Virus record (IMG/VR): IMGVR_UViG_3300037067_000914
From: an uncultured virus (IMG/VR IMGVR_UViG_3300037067_000914)
Taxonomy: Duplodnaviria > Heunggongvirae > Uroviricota > Caudoviricetes
Direction: 5' to 3' (one strand)
DNA length: 64,000 nucleotides
The notes beneath the pieces are model-generated. The model was not told the origin of the DNA and ran no database searches. It saw only the letters and a program-made list of their open reading frames with translations. Within the stretch, counting starts at the first letter, position 1, and each line of letters starts with the position of its first letter. Shown piece after piece: positions 18,498 through 28,498 of the stretch. The position numbers were made by a program, and so were the translations under genes.

Positions 18498-19891
18498 TAC
18501 CAGCCACCACCCTTAATTTTAACCGAGCTTGGGGCAGTTTTGACTATACGATCCATCGCCCTATTCAATGCGGCGTCCTGGTCATATGCTCTGCCATTCT
18601 CACCGAATGTATTCTCCAGCTCTTCCTCGTAAACAGCGTCAAAGTCTGGGTACTTAGAACGTATTTCTTTCTTGATATTTTCTAGATCAGCTTTGCTAAT
18701 GTTAGGATCACGCAGTTTTTGAACTCTAACTCGCAGCCAATTTTTGGTAGTACCTGTATCGGAATCGGTTAGTGCACGATCCTGGACATTGTGTCTAAAC
18801 TTATCGAACCACCCAGGTTTAGTACTTATAGTAGCGAAGTCGCTCTTTGTAGCTATACCAGACTCAATGGCCTTTCTTTGTATGTATCTATTCTGGGCCT
18901 TCGAGTTATCAGGATACAGCTTTAAAGCCTCATTTTCGATGGCAGTCCATTTAGCCGAGTTATCTAATATCTGATTTTCAAGGTCAAATAACTTCTGGTA
19001 CCTATCTGCCGAATCCTTATTCTCCGGTATCTCCCTCCACTTACTCCACGCTTCGTCGAACGAAGAGATATTGTTTTCCTCCCTGAACCTTTCAACCGCA
19101 GCATTGGTGCGATCGTACTCTTCAACCGTAATGTCTCTGGACCTGGCCTTCTCAGCTTGCGCGGATATCATAGACGCTCTCGCGCGCATCATGTCTGCTT
19201 CAGCACTCATTTTCTTAGTACCAAGTTCACCTTCCTTAAAGTCGAAGTCAGCATACTGGCCAGATAGAACGTTATTAGCAAATGCAGCAACCCCCTTAGC
19301 TTCTGGGGAATCCGGCTTGAACCCAAGAGCCTCAGACAACTTGCCCAGCTCCTCATTACTAATGGTGTACTTTGCCATTCCTGTTTCACCTTCAGAAGTG
19401 GCAAACTCGCCCATGGCCTTGTGCGCTGCAGCAGTATCATTGTAACCTTTAAAGTACTCAGACATACCAGCCTGTAGTATGTTTATCTCGTCTTGTAGTT
19501 TTAAACTGGCTTGCTGTATTTCACCAATAGCATTAGCGTGAAAGTCATCTTCATCATTGATATATTCGGACTGCTGAGAGATGTTACCTAGAACCATATT
19601 TACAGCGTTTTGGCCCCCTTCAGAATCAAGTCCCTTAACGATACCACCAAGCATCATGTTCTGGTTATTTAACTCATAGCGTTTCTGGGCCAAGTCTTTC
19701 ATGGCCGTAAGATGGGCACCAAGTAGCATCTCATGCTCTTGTCTCTTTGCTTCCGCGTCCATCTGAAACTGCAGCATAGTCATCTTAAACGCACGATCAG
19801 TGTCTTCTTCCCGCATATCTGATACAGTGTCACTGATGGTGTTAAACGCAGCCAGTGCTGCTGCAGTACGTTCTAAGGACAGATCATTCAT
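18497..19891 (-). CDS. putative internal virion/ejection protein
   Basis: Helical 464 aa directly upstream of the largest gene, as in podoviruses. Confidence 0.55.
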   Translation of the reverse strand: MNDLSLERTAAALAAFNTISDTVSDMREEDTDRAFKMTMLQFQMDAEAKRQEHEMLLGAHLTAMKDLAQKRYELNNQNMMLGGIVKGLDSEGGQNAVNMVLGNISQQSEYINDEDDFHANAIGEIQQASLKLQDEINILQAGMSEYFKGYNDTAAAHKAMGEFATSEGETGMAKYTISNEELGKLSEALGFKPDSPEAKGVAAFANNVLSGQYADFDFKEGELGTKKMSAEADMMRARASMISAQAEKARSRDITVEEYDRTNAAVERFREENNISSFDEAWSKWREIPENKDSADRYQKLFDLENQILDNSAKWTAIENEALKLYPDNSKAQNRYIQRKAIESGIATKSDFATISTKPGWFDKFRHNVQDRALTDSDTGTTKNWLRVRVQKLRDPNISKADLENIKKEIRSKYPDFDAVYEEELENTFGENGRAYDQDAALNRAMDRIVKTAPSSVKIKGGGW

Positions 19892-19912
19892 GGGTATTAC
19901 TCCAGTTTGTTA

Positions 19913-20737
19913 TTACCATATTCCACTACGAGTCTGCATAATCTGTTCCCGCCTCTTACGCTCTTGTTCCTGTCTGTACTGTGCGGATCGTTGTGCCCTC
20001 TCCTGCTTAAACTCATCCAACGTGCCAGCCCTTTTTGCCTGACCATACTTATCAACAAAAGTACTAATACCTTGGAACATATTACGTTGAAAATTAGCCC
20101 ACATACCTTTTCTGTCTTTATACTCTTCGTCGTACCGCGTTTCCCACTTTGCTTCCGTCTCATCTTTACCTTCGATTTCAGGTATCGGTATATAGCCGCC
20201 TGTTTCTGGATCATACATCTGCCCAGGCGGTGTGGGATAACCTTCCCCTTCTAGCCAGTCCTCAGCCTCAGCTCCCTGGCTCTTTGTCCAGACTGTTTCA
20301 CCTGTAGTATCTAAACTAGCTCTTTGTATTCGTATTGTACGCTCTTGCGAAGCTAAATCGTTAAGTCCCAACTGTCTCTGTTGTTCTAAGTCATACCTAG
20401 ATTCTCCAAATTTTTCGTACACTGAACCTCTAGCGATCTCCTGATCTTGTTGCAAAGCACCTGACGCTTCAAACCCAGAGCGCGCCATACTAGTATTGTA
20501 CGACTTAGTTACATCAAAGAGAGACCTTCCTTCTTGTACACCAAGAATATTTTGTCGAGTACGATACTCAGTCTGTAGTTCACTCCGCATAGGCAATAAA
20601 GCCCAAAGTGACTTGTCTAACTCGCGGGCTACTCTAGCGTTAATCTCGCGTTGTTCTTCGGTCTGAGCAGAACTGTTGGCTAATGACGCACCTACCCCAA
20701 ACAGTTGCACTCCCGCAGCTATCAGTGCAGCAGACAT
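19913..20737 (-). CDS. putative internal virion/ejection protein
   Basis: Ala/Gly-rich N-terminus and coiled coil; position. Confidence 0.55.
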   Translation of the reverse strand: MSAALIAAGVQLFGVGASLANSSAQTEEQREINARVARELDKSLWALLPMRSELQTEYRTRQNILGVQEGRSLFDVTKSYNTSMARSGFEASGALQQDQEIARGSVYEKFGESRYDLEQQRQLGLNDLASQERTIRIQRASLDTTGETVWTKSQGAEAEDWLEGEGYPTPPGQMYDPETGGYIPIPEIEGKDETEAKWETRYDEEYKDRKGMWANFQRNMFQGISTFVDKYGQAKRAGTLDEFKQERAQRSAQYRQEQERKRREQIMQTRSGIW

Positions 20738-20752
20738 CTGGTGCTCCTTGTT

Positions 20753-21265
20753 TTAGAAAATGTCATCGTTAGTAACGGGGGTAGTCATATCGCCGCTAGG
20801 TTTATCTACCGCACTCTTAACTGACTCTAGATCGTAAGTACCCGGACCGACCATCCACTGCCCTAACTTCTTACCTTGGTTGGTGCTATATCGGGAAGTG
20901 TTACCTAACAACAACATATCATACGCAGACAAGGTCCGTCCGTTTACAGAATACTTACTGCCCATATCTGGTCCCATTAAAGAGGATAAAAACGCTCCTC
21001 TACTTCCCTCAATTGGAGTAGCCCCAATTTGCTTCGCGCCTTCCTGTATTGCCTCGTACTTTTCTAAATTGCCGCCTACACGCATCCCTGCCTTTACTGC
21101 GTAGTTAATCAACAGTTGCCTGAATTGGCCCCGTTTCTCGTTCCTAAGGAGTTGCTCCTTTAGGGCAGCCATTCTAACCTCAGTCTCCTTTGATTCTCTT
21201 TCAAGGCTGCCAGCTCTACGTGCACCCCTAGATAACCCACTATACATACCCCTAGTACTATACAT
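20753..21265 (-). CDS. hypothetical virion-module protein
   Basis: RBS AAGGAGGAG; in operon. Confidence 0.55.
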   Translation of the reverse strand: MYSTRGMYSGLSRGARRAGSLERESKETEVRMAALKEQLLRNEKRGQFRQLLINYAVKAGMRVGGNLEKYEAIQEGAKQIGATPIEGSRGAFLSSLMGPDMGSKYSVNGRTLSAYDMLLLGNTSRYSTNQGKKLGQWMVGPGTYDLESVKSAVDKPSGDMTTPVTNDDIF

Positions 21266-21274
21266 AACTCCTCC

Positions 21275-21484
21275 TTACGCCGTCTTAAAGTCGTTGTAGA
21301 ACAGGACCCCACGTTCTCTGGTATACTCCCGCAACTTACCATTAACAAATACCCTAACCGACTGCCCATCTACCAGGTCCGTTAAAGCTGGTATGTTATC
21401 CACTACTATACTCTTACTCTTCTTCTGATGCAACAAAGAGTTAGTGGTAACAGAAAACACTGGGTGTTTTACAAGTCCAATCAT
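21275..21484 (-). CDS. hypothetical virion-module protein
   Basis: ATGA coupling. Confidence 0.55.
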   Translation of the reverse strand: MIGLVKHPVFSVTTNSLLHQKKSKSIVVDNIPALTDLVDGQSVRVFVNGKLREYTRERGVLFYNDFKTA

Positions 21485-21870
21485 CCTGTAGTCCTTTTGT
21501 AAATAGGTCTGTACTCAAGTAGTATTTCCCTGAACGTCACGTTATTGTCTGCGAATGATATTTTAGGTTGTAGACTCTCGACCAATACTTCCGGGGAGAA
21601 CTGTATCACATCAACCTGTACTCCTGAACCTCCAGACAGCGTAGCACTCGGTACTTTGGTTGAACCAAAACTAGCGTTTCCATTTTCGGCAATGGACACC
21701 GTATTCTTTGCATCTTGGGAACCTGACATAGTATGTAATAGATACAACTTATACACATGCTTTAGATTAATAGGCATGTCAAACGTCTCTGTGCGCAGTG
21801 TAACATATCCACTACAAGACGTGCTAGTGTTGTTCCACTTTAGTAACTCTGTACTATATACATCAGCCAT
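21481..21870 (-). CDS. putative tail protein
   Basis: RBS AGGAGAGG; beta-rich; follows the tail stabilisation-like gene. Confidence 0.5.
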   Translation of the reverse strand: MADVYSTELLKWNNTSTSCSGYVTLRTETFDMPINLKHVYKLYLLHTMSGSQDAKNTVSIAENGNASFGSTKVPSATLSGGSGVQVDVIQFSPEVLVESLQPKISFADNNVTFREILLEYRPIYKRTTG

Positions 21871-21878
21871 AACCTCTC

Positions 21879-23846
21879 CTATGTCACGTAACTATGGGCG
21901 ACTACTACATCATCCCACCACGGCTGAAAGTTACTAATCTCACCACTATCCACCGCGAATCTGTTACCTTTAGTCCAGGCTCCTGTTGTAGTATCGTACA
22001 TGTAATTAAGCCCGTATTTAGACGTACAATCTCTCAAGACTATGATTAATCGGTGGGATGGGTCGAATCCCACTATGGCGTTGTCTGTTATATATGCGGA
22101 CCACACTAACGGGTCTATGACTTTATACGCCGCCCCATTGGACTGTTTTTCAAGAAGATTAACCATATTGGAACCGTCGTAAAAATAGCACCCCGACCGG
22201 TTAACCCACACTACTCCATAGTCCGTTTTGTACATGGCCCCTGGGATTAGAACCCCAAGATGTTCGTGTTGGGTTTCTAGAAACCATTCAGCCTCAGACC
22301 CCGAGACGTTAACAATATACAACTTATTACGCTTAAACACTAGTAGTTTGTCAGCAAATGTAGTTATAGCAACTACCTCATCTCCGTCATTAATACCCAT
22401 TTCGAGGAAGTTCTTAGGGGGCCAGGTGTCGTGTTTACCAACAGGTGTGTACATAACCCTGTCACCATAATAGACGGTGTCCCCAGAAATGTTGGTGGTC
22501 TTTATACCAGCCGCCCAAGACCTGTTGCTTCCGACACAAAAACACTTGGCGTCTATAGACAGGGTATGTGAATCCTGCGAAAACCCGTTTAATGATTCAT
22601 AGGTTTCAGAGAATGGCTCTGCGGCTGTTAAAGTGCATCTGGCGTATACGTCGCTAACAGCCGCTCCACTTCCTGTACCATCTAAAGCGATCCAAGACTC
22701 ATACTGATCCTCGGTCGTTAGTCTACAACCCTGTACCAGGTCGATATCAACCAGTAGTTTCCAAGGTATGGAACTTCCGGTTTCCCGGTAATATACTCTG
22801 CCACCTATCACAGTATCTGGGTATGGCGTAGTTACATACACGGAAACTACAACAGAGTTATTGTCAGATATCGAACAAGTACCAGGAACTGTTTTTAAGA
22901 CAGACTCCTGCCCTCCGACATATATAAACGTCTCTGCAAATTCCAAAGTAGACTCAACCCAACTACCATCCGAACCTCCTGGCTCAACGTCTACATTAAA
23001 ACCTGTGCCAGTAGGAGGACATAGAAAAAACACGTTGGAGGCCCAACTATCACCATCCGCTAAGTCTACAGTAGTTAGTGGGTAAGGAGATGCCGGGCTT
23101 TGTGCCGTTACTATTCTGGCCTTAGGTGTACTGGAGTCGTACCAAACAGCTACGTAACCTTCTGTACCTGCAATGCCATAGTCCTCAAACTTGGCGCACG
23201 GCAGACTGGTACCACTCCCTCCCACACCACCATCATCGGCTACACCAGCAGATACGATACCGTACGTTGGTGGGTCCATTATAGTAGTGGTACTGGCCCA
23301 TTTATTAACATCGTTCTCCCTGCCTGTGATTCCGTCAAACTGTGTTTGTCGTATGTACCCAAACCATGTAGACGGTTGCACAAACCCGGCATCGTGTACA
23401 CGCATAGCACCGCTGGCATAATAAGCTACCGGTGTTGGTGGTGTAGCCCCAGACCCCCAGTTAATGTACCGTTCGTTAACCAAGCTATCTACAACCCTGA
23501 TTTGTGGGGTCCAACCATAACTAGTCGTATACACACCCATCATAGCCATACACTTACCTGGATTGTAGTAGGGTGTGGCTGAGGTGTCAACAGGAAGATA
23601 ATCTGTACCAAACGTTAGTAGTCCATACCCAGCTTTCATTTTAAAGCCGGACACGAGCGGTATAAGCGTGCTGGAGTCGGGGGAGCACTCAGGGGTGGCA
23701 AGTTGCCCTTGCGTTCGTATCATGCCAGGTTTGTCAAACATGACGTTATAGGCATCACACACCTCGTTGTCGCCTATATCTCTTGGGTCGGCTGCAGTGT
23801 TCATGCCGCCACTAAAGTCATTATAACGTTTGAATTGTTTAGGCAT
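21879..23846 (-). CDS. tail tubular/stabilisation (nozzle-like) protein
   Basis: DFSGGMNT..DPRDI start and beta-propeller-like segments (DGDEVVAITTFADKLLVFKRNKLYIV). Confidence 0.7.
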   Translation of the reverse strand: MPKQFKRYNDFSGGMNTAADPRDIGDNEVCDAYNVMFDKPGMIRTQGQLATPECSPDSSTLIPLVSGFKMKAGYGLLTFGTDYLPVDTSATPYYNPGKCMAMMGVYTTSYGWTPQIRVVDSLVNERYINWGSGATPPTPVAYYASGAMRVHDAGFVQPSTWFGYIRQTQFDGITGRENDVNKWASTTTIMDPPTYGIVSAGVADDGGVGGSGTSLPCAKFEDYGIAGTEGYVAVWYDSSTPKARIVTAQSPASPYPLTTVDLADGDSWASNVFFLCPPTGTGFNVDVEPGGSDGSWVESTLEFAETFIYVGGQESVLKTVPGTCSISDNNSVVVSVYVTTPYPDTVIGGRVYYRETGSSIPWKLLVDIDLVQGCRLTTEDQYESWIALDGTGSGAAVSDVYARCTLTAAEPFSETYESLNGFSQDSHTLSIDAKCFCVGSNRSWAAGIKTTNISGDTVYYGDRVMYTPVGKHDTWPPKNFLEMGINDGDEVVAITTFADKLLVFKRNKLYIVNVSGSEAEWFLETQHEHLGVLIPGAMYKTDYGVVWVNRSGCYFYDGSNMVNLLEKQSNGAAYKVIDPLVWSAYITDNAIVGFDPSHRLIIVLRDCTSKYGLNYMYDTTTGAWTKGNRFAVDSGEISNFQPWWDDVVVAHSYVT

Positions 23847-24367
23847 TACTTCCTCTTATAATCGCCACGTAGTAACTTATCGTAAATAGACTTTGCATAA
23901 GAAGATATTGTAGAGTCTCTGGGGTCTGTTATGTAATTTACCATGCCCTCCGCAAAAGGTTCGTAATCCATATTAGGAGCAAGTCTAGCTCGCAAGTCCC
24001 CTTTCCCAGACAGACGAGCAAGTAAGTTCTTCAGCCTTCCCACTGGATGTTTTTCGTAATAATCTATTTCCGATAACTGTGCTCTGTGTGCCATCTCATG
24101 GTACATGACCCCAGACTCCCCACCCTTCACTCTAGTATCATCCCACCAAGGATTAGTGTATACGGCTATACTATCACTATCTGGATTGTACTGTCCAGCG
24201 TACTGGTCTCCTGCTGTATACCCAGTACTCTTACCCCATAGTGAGTCGGGTTCGGTACTTGTACTGAACTTGATCTTGGTATCCCCAAAGTAGTTCTGTA
24301 GTAACTTAGCCAGAGCTACCTGTCGGGCAGTTAATTCCTTATTTTTTACATCAGTCCACTCAGGCAT
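23846..24367 (-). CDS. zincin-like metalloprotease-motif protein
   Basis: YHEMAH and downstream EPFAE. Confidence 0.5.
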   Translation of the reverse strand: MPEWTDVKNKELTARQVALAKLLQNYFGDTKIKFSTSTEPDSLWGKSTGYTAGDQYAGQYNPDSDSIAVYTNPWWDDTRVKGGESGVMYHEMAHRAQLSEIDYYEKHPVGRLKNLLARLSGKGDLRARLAPNMDYEPFAEGMVNYITDPRDSTISSYAKSIYDKLLRGDYKRK

Positions 24368-24382
24368 ACGATCCTCTTAGTA

Positions 24383-24427
24383 AGGTAGACAAGGGCGGCC
24401 AAGCGGTGAACCGCCCCTGTCTGACCT
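24383..24427 (-). terminator. intergenic hairpin after the holin-like gene
   Basis: AGGTAGACAAGGGCGG / CCGCCCCTGTCTGACCT; no clear U-tract. Confidence 0.35.
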
Positions 24428-24441
24428 ATGGGGAGGGAAAA

Positions 24442-24663
24442 CTACTTCTTTTCCTCGGCTAGTTCCTTGGCACGACGAATGGCCTTCTCGATAGCGGTCA
24501 TCAAAGCGCCACCAAGAATAGTCCAAATAGTCTGCCACACACCAGTTAGATGGCTGGCGAGCGCGGGAACCTGCTCGGCTGCGAACGTCAGACCCAGGGC
24601 GATACCGCCCCAGAAGGCGACACGTGCTAGACGCCATAGAAACGATTTGAGAATAGGATTCAT
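24442..24663 (-). CDS. holin-like membrane protein
   Basis: Two transmembrane-like segments and a charged C-tail; in the lysis cluster. Confidence 0.55.
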   Translation of the reverse strand: MNPILKSFLWRLARVAFWGGIALGLTFAAEQVPALASHLTGVWQTIWTILGGALMTAIEKAIRRAKELAEEKK

Positions 24664-24683
24664 GTGATCCTCCTTGGTCAGTA

Positions 24684-25250
24684 TTACTTTTTATCTGTGA
24701 ATGAATCTACCGCTTGTCTGAGTATAATACCAATAAGTACGTCTCTAGAAGTACGTAGCCAATTCTGTTTCCTCTTACCTTCCACAACTCCCTCCTGGTA
24801 AACCTGATTGAACATCTTATCTATACCTTCGTCCAAAGACACCTCATGTTTCACCACGTCAATAGGACCATAGCTTCTAGCTACTACCTTAGATCGCAAG
24901 GTGCCGAGCTTAGTAAGTTGCGTTGCTGTATGGTCCACGTAAACGGTATCCGCACCAATAGCTTCCATCATGGCGTAGAACCACGCATACGCAGTATCTA
25001 ACTCAGTTCTAGCCTGCTCAAGAGCTGCTTCTAGTTGTGTTTTATCAGCAACCCAGCGCTTTAACTCCTTGTTTAGTTTGATCTTATCTTCGGTTAACGT
25101 CTGACATTTGTGAATGTAGGTAGAGTCAACATACACCACAGGTTCCGATGGCACTGGTACCTCTACCTCTCGTGGGTGATACCAGTACATCGTACCGAAA
25201 ACCGTAGCCGCTAGAACAAACGACAAGATCGCTGCCCAATACCACTTCAT
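24684..25250 (-). CDS. spanin-like (Rz-like) protein
   Basis: N-terminal TM segment then coiled coil; directly after the endolysin candidate. Confidence 0.5.
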   Translation of the reverse strand: MKWYWAAILSFVLAATVFGTMYWYHPREVEVPVPSEPVVYVDSTYIHKCQTLTEDKIKLNKELKRWVADKTQLEAALEQARTELDTAYAWFYAMMEAIGADTVYVDHTATQLTKLGTLRSKVVARSYGPIDVVKHEVSLDEGIDKMFNQVYQEGVVEGKRKQNWLRTSRDVLIGIILRQAVDSFTDKK

Positions 25251-25672
25251 TTGTGCTCCCCCGTCACGCTTGTGACTTCTATTGTTATTGATTTCTCATT
25301 ACGTGTCATCCACATAAACTTATTGAACGCCAATCGACTTAACGCAACCCCAACAATCGATTTCGTCAATAAAGTCCCAAATGTGGTCTTCTTCATCCCA
25401 ATGCCGATGCACCCTAGAAGGTCGTTTACAGTATTGGCTACGTGGACTAGAATAGCGGTTCGTTTTAGAACCTTCAAAAGCTGCCAACACACCTGACCAT
25501 TTTTTCTGCGGTAACGAGCGCATTTGTAGGTCCCTTCTGGGATACAAGATACGTCATTAGCATTATTTTTCCAAGGCAATTCTATCGTTCTGAAGACAGT
25601 GTCGTTGTCAGAACATGTCATTACTCCTTCAGTACGGTCTGGAAAATATTCACGAGCAATTGTGAACTTCAT
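25247..25672 (-). CDS. DUF5675-family putative endolysin
   Basis: TIELPWKNN...SCIPEGTY...RTAILVHVAN...LLGCIGIG. Confidence 0.75.
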   Translation of the reverse strand: MKFTIAREYFPDRTEGVMTCSDNDTVFRTIELPWKNNANDVSCIPEGTYKCARYRRKNGQVCWQLLKVLKRTAILVHVANTVNDLLGCIGIGMKKTTFGTLLTKSIVGVALSRLAFNKFMWMTRNEKSITIEVTSVTGEHK

Positions 25673-25977
25673 TGGGCACGACTCAATATGTAGTTTTTGA
25701 CCAAGACCATGTCACCCTTGATATTTTCTGAATTGGTACACAACACCTTTAGATCGACCCTCATTGAGTCCACTCTAGCTTTTGTAAGAGCCGATTCAGC
25801 ACACACCTTCTTTACGTCAGACTTTAGTTGGGTATAGGCAAATGCTTGGTTAAATACCCAACCAATTGCCACGGCCAATGACATGCCTATACCAACAATA
25901 GCTTTGATCTGTGATGGTGTGCGGTTGACATGGGAGCCGCCATTACCATCCGACTTTGTCTTGAATAGGAAGAACAT
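25669..25977 (-). CDS. single-TM protein, holin/antiholin-like
   Basis: One TM segment then coiled coil; upstream of the endolysin. Confidence 0.5.
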   Translation of the reverse strand: MFFLFKTKSDGNGGSHVNRTPSQIKAIVGIGMSLAVAIGWVFNQAFAYTQLKSDVKKVCAESALTKARVDSMRVDLKVLCTNSENIKGDMVLVKNYILSRAQ

Positions 25978-26004
25978 GCCTAGGCTCCATTAGTTAGTGG
26001 TTAA

Positions 26005-26298
26005 CTACTTGACCTTCTTCACCGCTTTAACAACCGGCACCTTCTTGCCCCACTTCTTGACCTTCTTCGCGTCTTTGTCCTTGTAGTCAACGATCAACGT
26101 ATCCGCATCGGCTTTCAACTTCTCGATAGAGTTGATGGAGAAGCCGTAAAGGACGATCTCCTTTTTACCGAACTCATAGGTTAAGACGGCCCGTTCATAG
26201 GTCTGTTTGTCAATCTCGACGTCAGTTGTGTCAGAGACGATCTTCACCCCAGCCATACACGGGAGCGCGAGGAAGGCGAGTAGGATTAGGCGGTTCAT
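26005..26298 (-). CDS. hypothetical protein with signal-peptide-like N-terminus
   Basis: MNRLILLAFLALPCMA; TGATG coupling. Confidence 0.55.
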   Translation of the reverse strand: MNRLILLAFLALPCMAGVKIVSDTTDVEIDKQTYERAVLTYEFGKKEIVLYGFSINSIEKLKADADTLIVDYKDKDAKKVKKWGKKVPVVKAVKKVK

Positions 26299-27449
26299 CA
26301 ATTCAACGTCTTTCTGCGAGTCCACATCCACGAAGGCGTGGCAGTCACGGCCCCTGCGGTGTGAACGATGAACGATCCAGCTTTCCGCTCAAACCAGACC
26401 GCGCCGGGAGTGCCTGGATCAGAAGTCCATTCGAACGTGTAAACATCTGTGGTTGCCGCTCCGCTTATCGTAACCGTGTCAGCAGACGCACCACTTGAAA
26501 AAGTAGCTTCTCCATTTGCGAATCCGTTTTTGCCGGCAGGCGTTCCGTCTCCATACAGGGACATGATTTCGGAGTAGCCGCCGCCGCCGTTGTGGTTGAA
26601 TGACCAAGAATAACGTGCGGTTGATGCAGACGGAGCAGGGAGGACTGTACCGCCAGAAACTGAAAATACCTCCTCCTTAAATGTTTGCGTTTTATTAACT
26701 GGTGTTCCAGATGAATCCCATACGTTGGATTGCATTTTCTTGCTTGGTGCTACTCTCAGCGGCGCACTTGCAACCGTTTGGGCAGACGGCCTCATTAATA
26801 AGCCGTCCGATGAACTACCAGTAGTCAGTGTGCTAACGACAACCGTCCCATTCGTGGCTAACCCATAAGCCGAACTCAAATAAGCTCCCAATGTAGCGAT
26901 GCCCTTATCAAAACTATACCCCAGCCCTTGATTCAGCGTATTCGACATATACGCATTCGTAGGCGTAACGTTTTGCACAATCGTCTGCGTGTACGTCATT
27001 GGCGTGACTGCTGTCCCATCCGAATCCGCATCGCCCTTCATCACAAGTGCCGGGACTACATTGTCGGTTGTGGTTTCTGCGCCGATACGGAGGGAGTCTT
27101 TTGCGACAACACTCTGAGTAACCACCTTCCCTTTTTCGGAGACGCTGAACACGGTTACGTTATTATCCTCAACTTCGATCCTGTTCCCGAGAGTCGGATC
27201 GATCTTGACGGTATCCGTCCCATCTGCCCACCATCCGAGAGAGTCGAACAGCGCGATCTCTTGCATATGTACATATTTCTGGACAATGAGTGTGTCTACC
27301 ACAAATTCTCTTGCATAAAAAGAGTCCACACTAGCAACCACCCACGTAGAATCAGGCATGGGATAATGGACTCTTTCTACTTCCTGACCACGTAACATAG
27401 TTGGAAGTAGTACAAACGACAATAGTATTAGTAGTTTTTTCATTGTCAT
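26298..27449 (-). CDS. tail-fibre-like beta-rich protein with signal-peptide-like N-terminus
   Basis: MKKLLILLSFVLLPTMLRGQ; Thr/Ser/Gly-rich body. Confidence 0.55.
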   Translation of the reverse strand: MTMKKLLILLSFVLLPTMLRGQEVERVHYPMPDSTWVVASVDSFYAREFVVDTLIVQKYVHMQEIALFDSLGWWADGTDTVKIDPTLGNRIEVEDNNVTVFSVSEKGKVVTQSVVAKDSLRIGAETTTDNVVPALVMKGDADSDGTAVTPMTYTQTIVQNVTPTNAYMSNTLNQGLGYSFDKGIATLGAYLSSAYGLATNGTVVVSTLTTGSSSDGLLMRPSAQTVASAPLRVAPSKKMQSNVWDSSGTPVNKTQTFKEEVFSVSGGTVLPAPSASTARYSWSFNHNGGGGYSEIMSLYGDGTPAGKNGFANGEATFSSGASADTVTISGAATTDVYTFEWTSDPGTPGAVWFERKAGSFIVHTAGAVTATPSWMWTRRKTLN

Positions 27450-27452
27450 CTC

Positions 27453-27812
27453 CTAAAAAGGCATCCTGCGCCATTTGTTAACGACAAAGGTGGCTGTAGC
27501 TGACCCATTACTTTGAATCATAATCTTAGTTGCCGGTCTGTTGGCAATACGAAAACTACAACCAGCAGGTACAGTGATCTTATTAGTAGTGTCTTCGAAG
27601 GCCACGTTAAACGAGGCGTCTGCATTGTTGGATGAAAACACAATAAATGTATCCCACCCATCTCCTGTAAATGTAGACGTGTGCCACTTGTTCGCGGTCG
27701 GAGCAATCAATGTATCCCGATCAGACGCCAGATTACGTTTGTCAACAACCTCAATCTGTGCAGATAAGACCGTTACCAGTCCAGCTACGAAGAACAATAC
27801 AAGTCGTTTCAT
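27453..27812 (-). CDS. beta-rich protein with signal-peptide-like N-terminus
   Basis: MKRLVLFFVAGLVTVLSAQ; RBS AGGAGG. Confidence 0.6.
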   Translation of the reverse strand: MKRLVLFFVAGLVTVLSAQIEVVDKRNLASDRDTLIAPTANKWHTSTFTGDGWDTFIVFSSNNADASFNVAFEDTTNKITVPAGCSFRIANRPATKIMIQSNGSATATFVVNKWRRMPF

Positions 27813-27821
27813 TACAACCTC

Positions 27822-28208
27822 CTAGAACTTATACGGGCCTTTAGGAATAGACGCCGGAAATTGATTACCGTACTTTTCCTTAGCCCTGTGAAAGTGAAAT
27901 AAATACTCTGTGTAAAATAGATTACTAGACTTCTTATCGGTAGTAAGTCTACTTCTCAAGAAGGCAATCACTGCCGGGATCATAGCATCGGGTACGTTTA
28001 CAATACTCGCTTCACTAGGCACTGTATCATCCGAGGTACCATCACTCTTTAAGAATACCTTCTTACCAGTAAGGTACTCGAACTTCAGACCATCTGTAAT
28101 ACTAACTAAAGGCGCAGCCCATGTATCTGTAGCTACATCGTGCGAGTATAGATACAGGACACCCTTATCTATTTTGTAACACCAGGCATATCCACTAATT
28201 GAGTCCAT
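27822..28208 (-). CDS. putative head-tail adaptor-related protein
   Basis: Position; TAATG coupling. Confidence 0.45.
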   Translation of the reverse strand: MDSISGYAWCYKIDKGVLYLYSHDVATDTWAAPLVSITDGLKFEYLTGKKVFLKSDGTSDDTVPSEASIVNVPDAMIPAVIAFLRSRLTTDKKSSNLFYTEYLFHFHRAKEKYGNQFPASIPKGPYKF

Positions 28209-28498
28209 TACTCGGCCTCTGTATTAATGTTTGGATCAATGTCACCCACCAGTTCCGGTATCCTCTTGTACTTGTTACTGTCAGCGGTGTCCTTTAGATA
28301 CACAGCACTTACAATAGACGCGTTGTCTGGGACAGAATACGCTACTGTTCCACTCACTACGCTAGACGTATCTGTTACCGGGTGCTCAAATTCAAACAGT
28401 GCCATGTCCAGAAACATCTGTCTAAGATATTCTATCACCAGATTGGTTCGTTGTTCACCAACCAGGTCCATTACTTTTCCTACAGTATAACTAGCCAT
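28208..28498 (-). CDS. putative head-tail adaptor-related protein
   Basis: VSGTVAYSVP motif; position. Confidence 0.45.
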   Translation of the reverse strand: MASYTVGKVMDLVGEQRTNLVIEYLRQMFLDMALFEFEHPVTDTSSVVSGTVAYSVPDNASIVSAVYLKDTADSNKYKRIPELVGDIDPNINTEAE

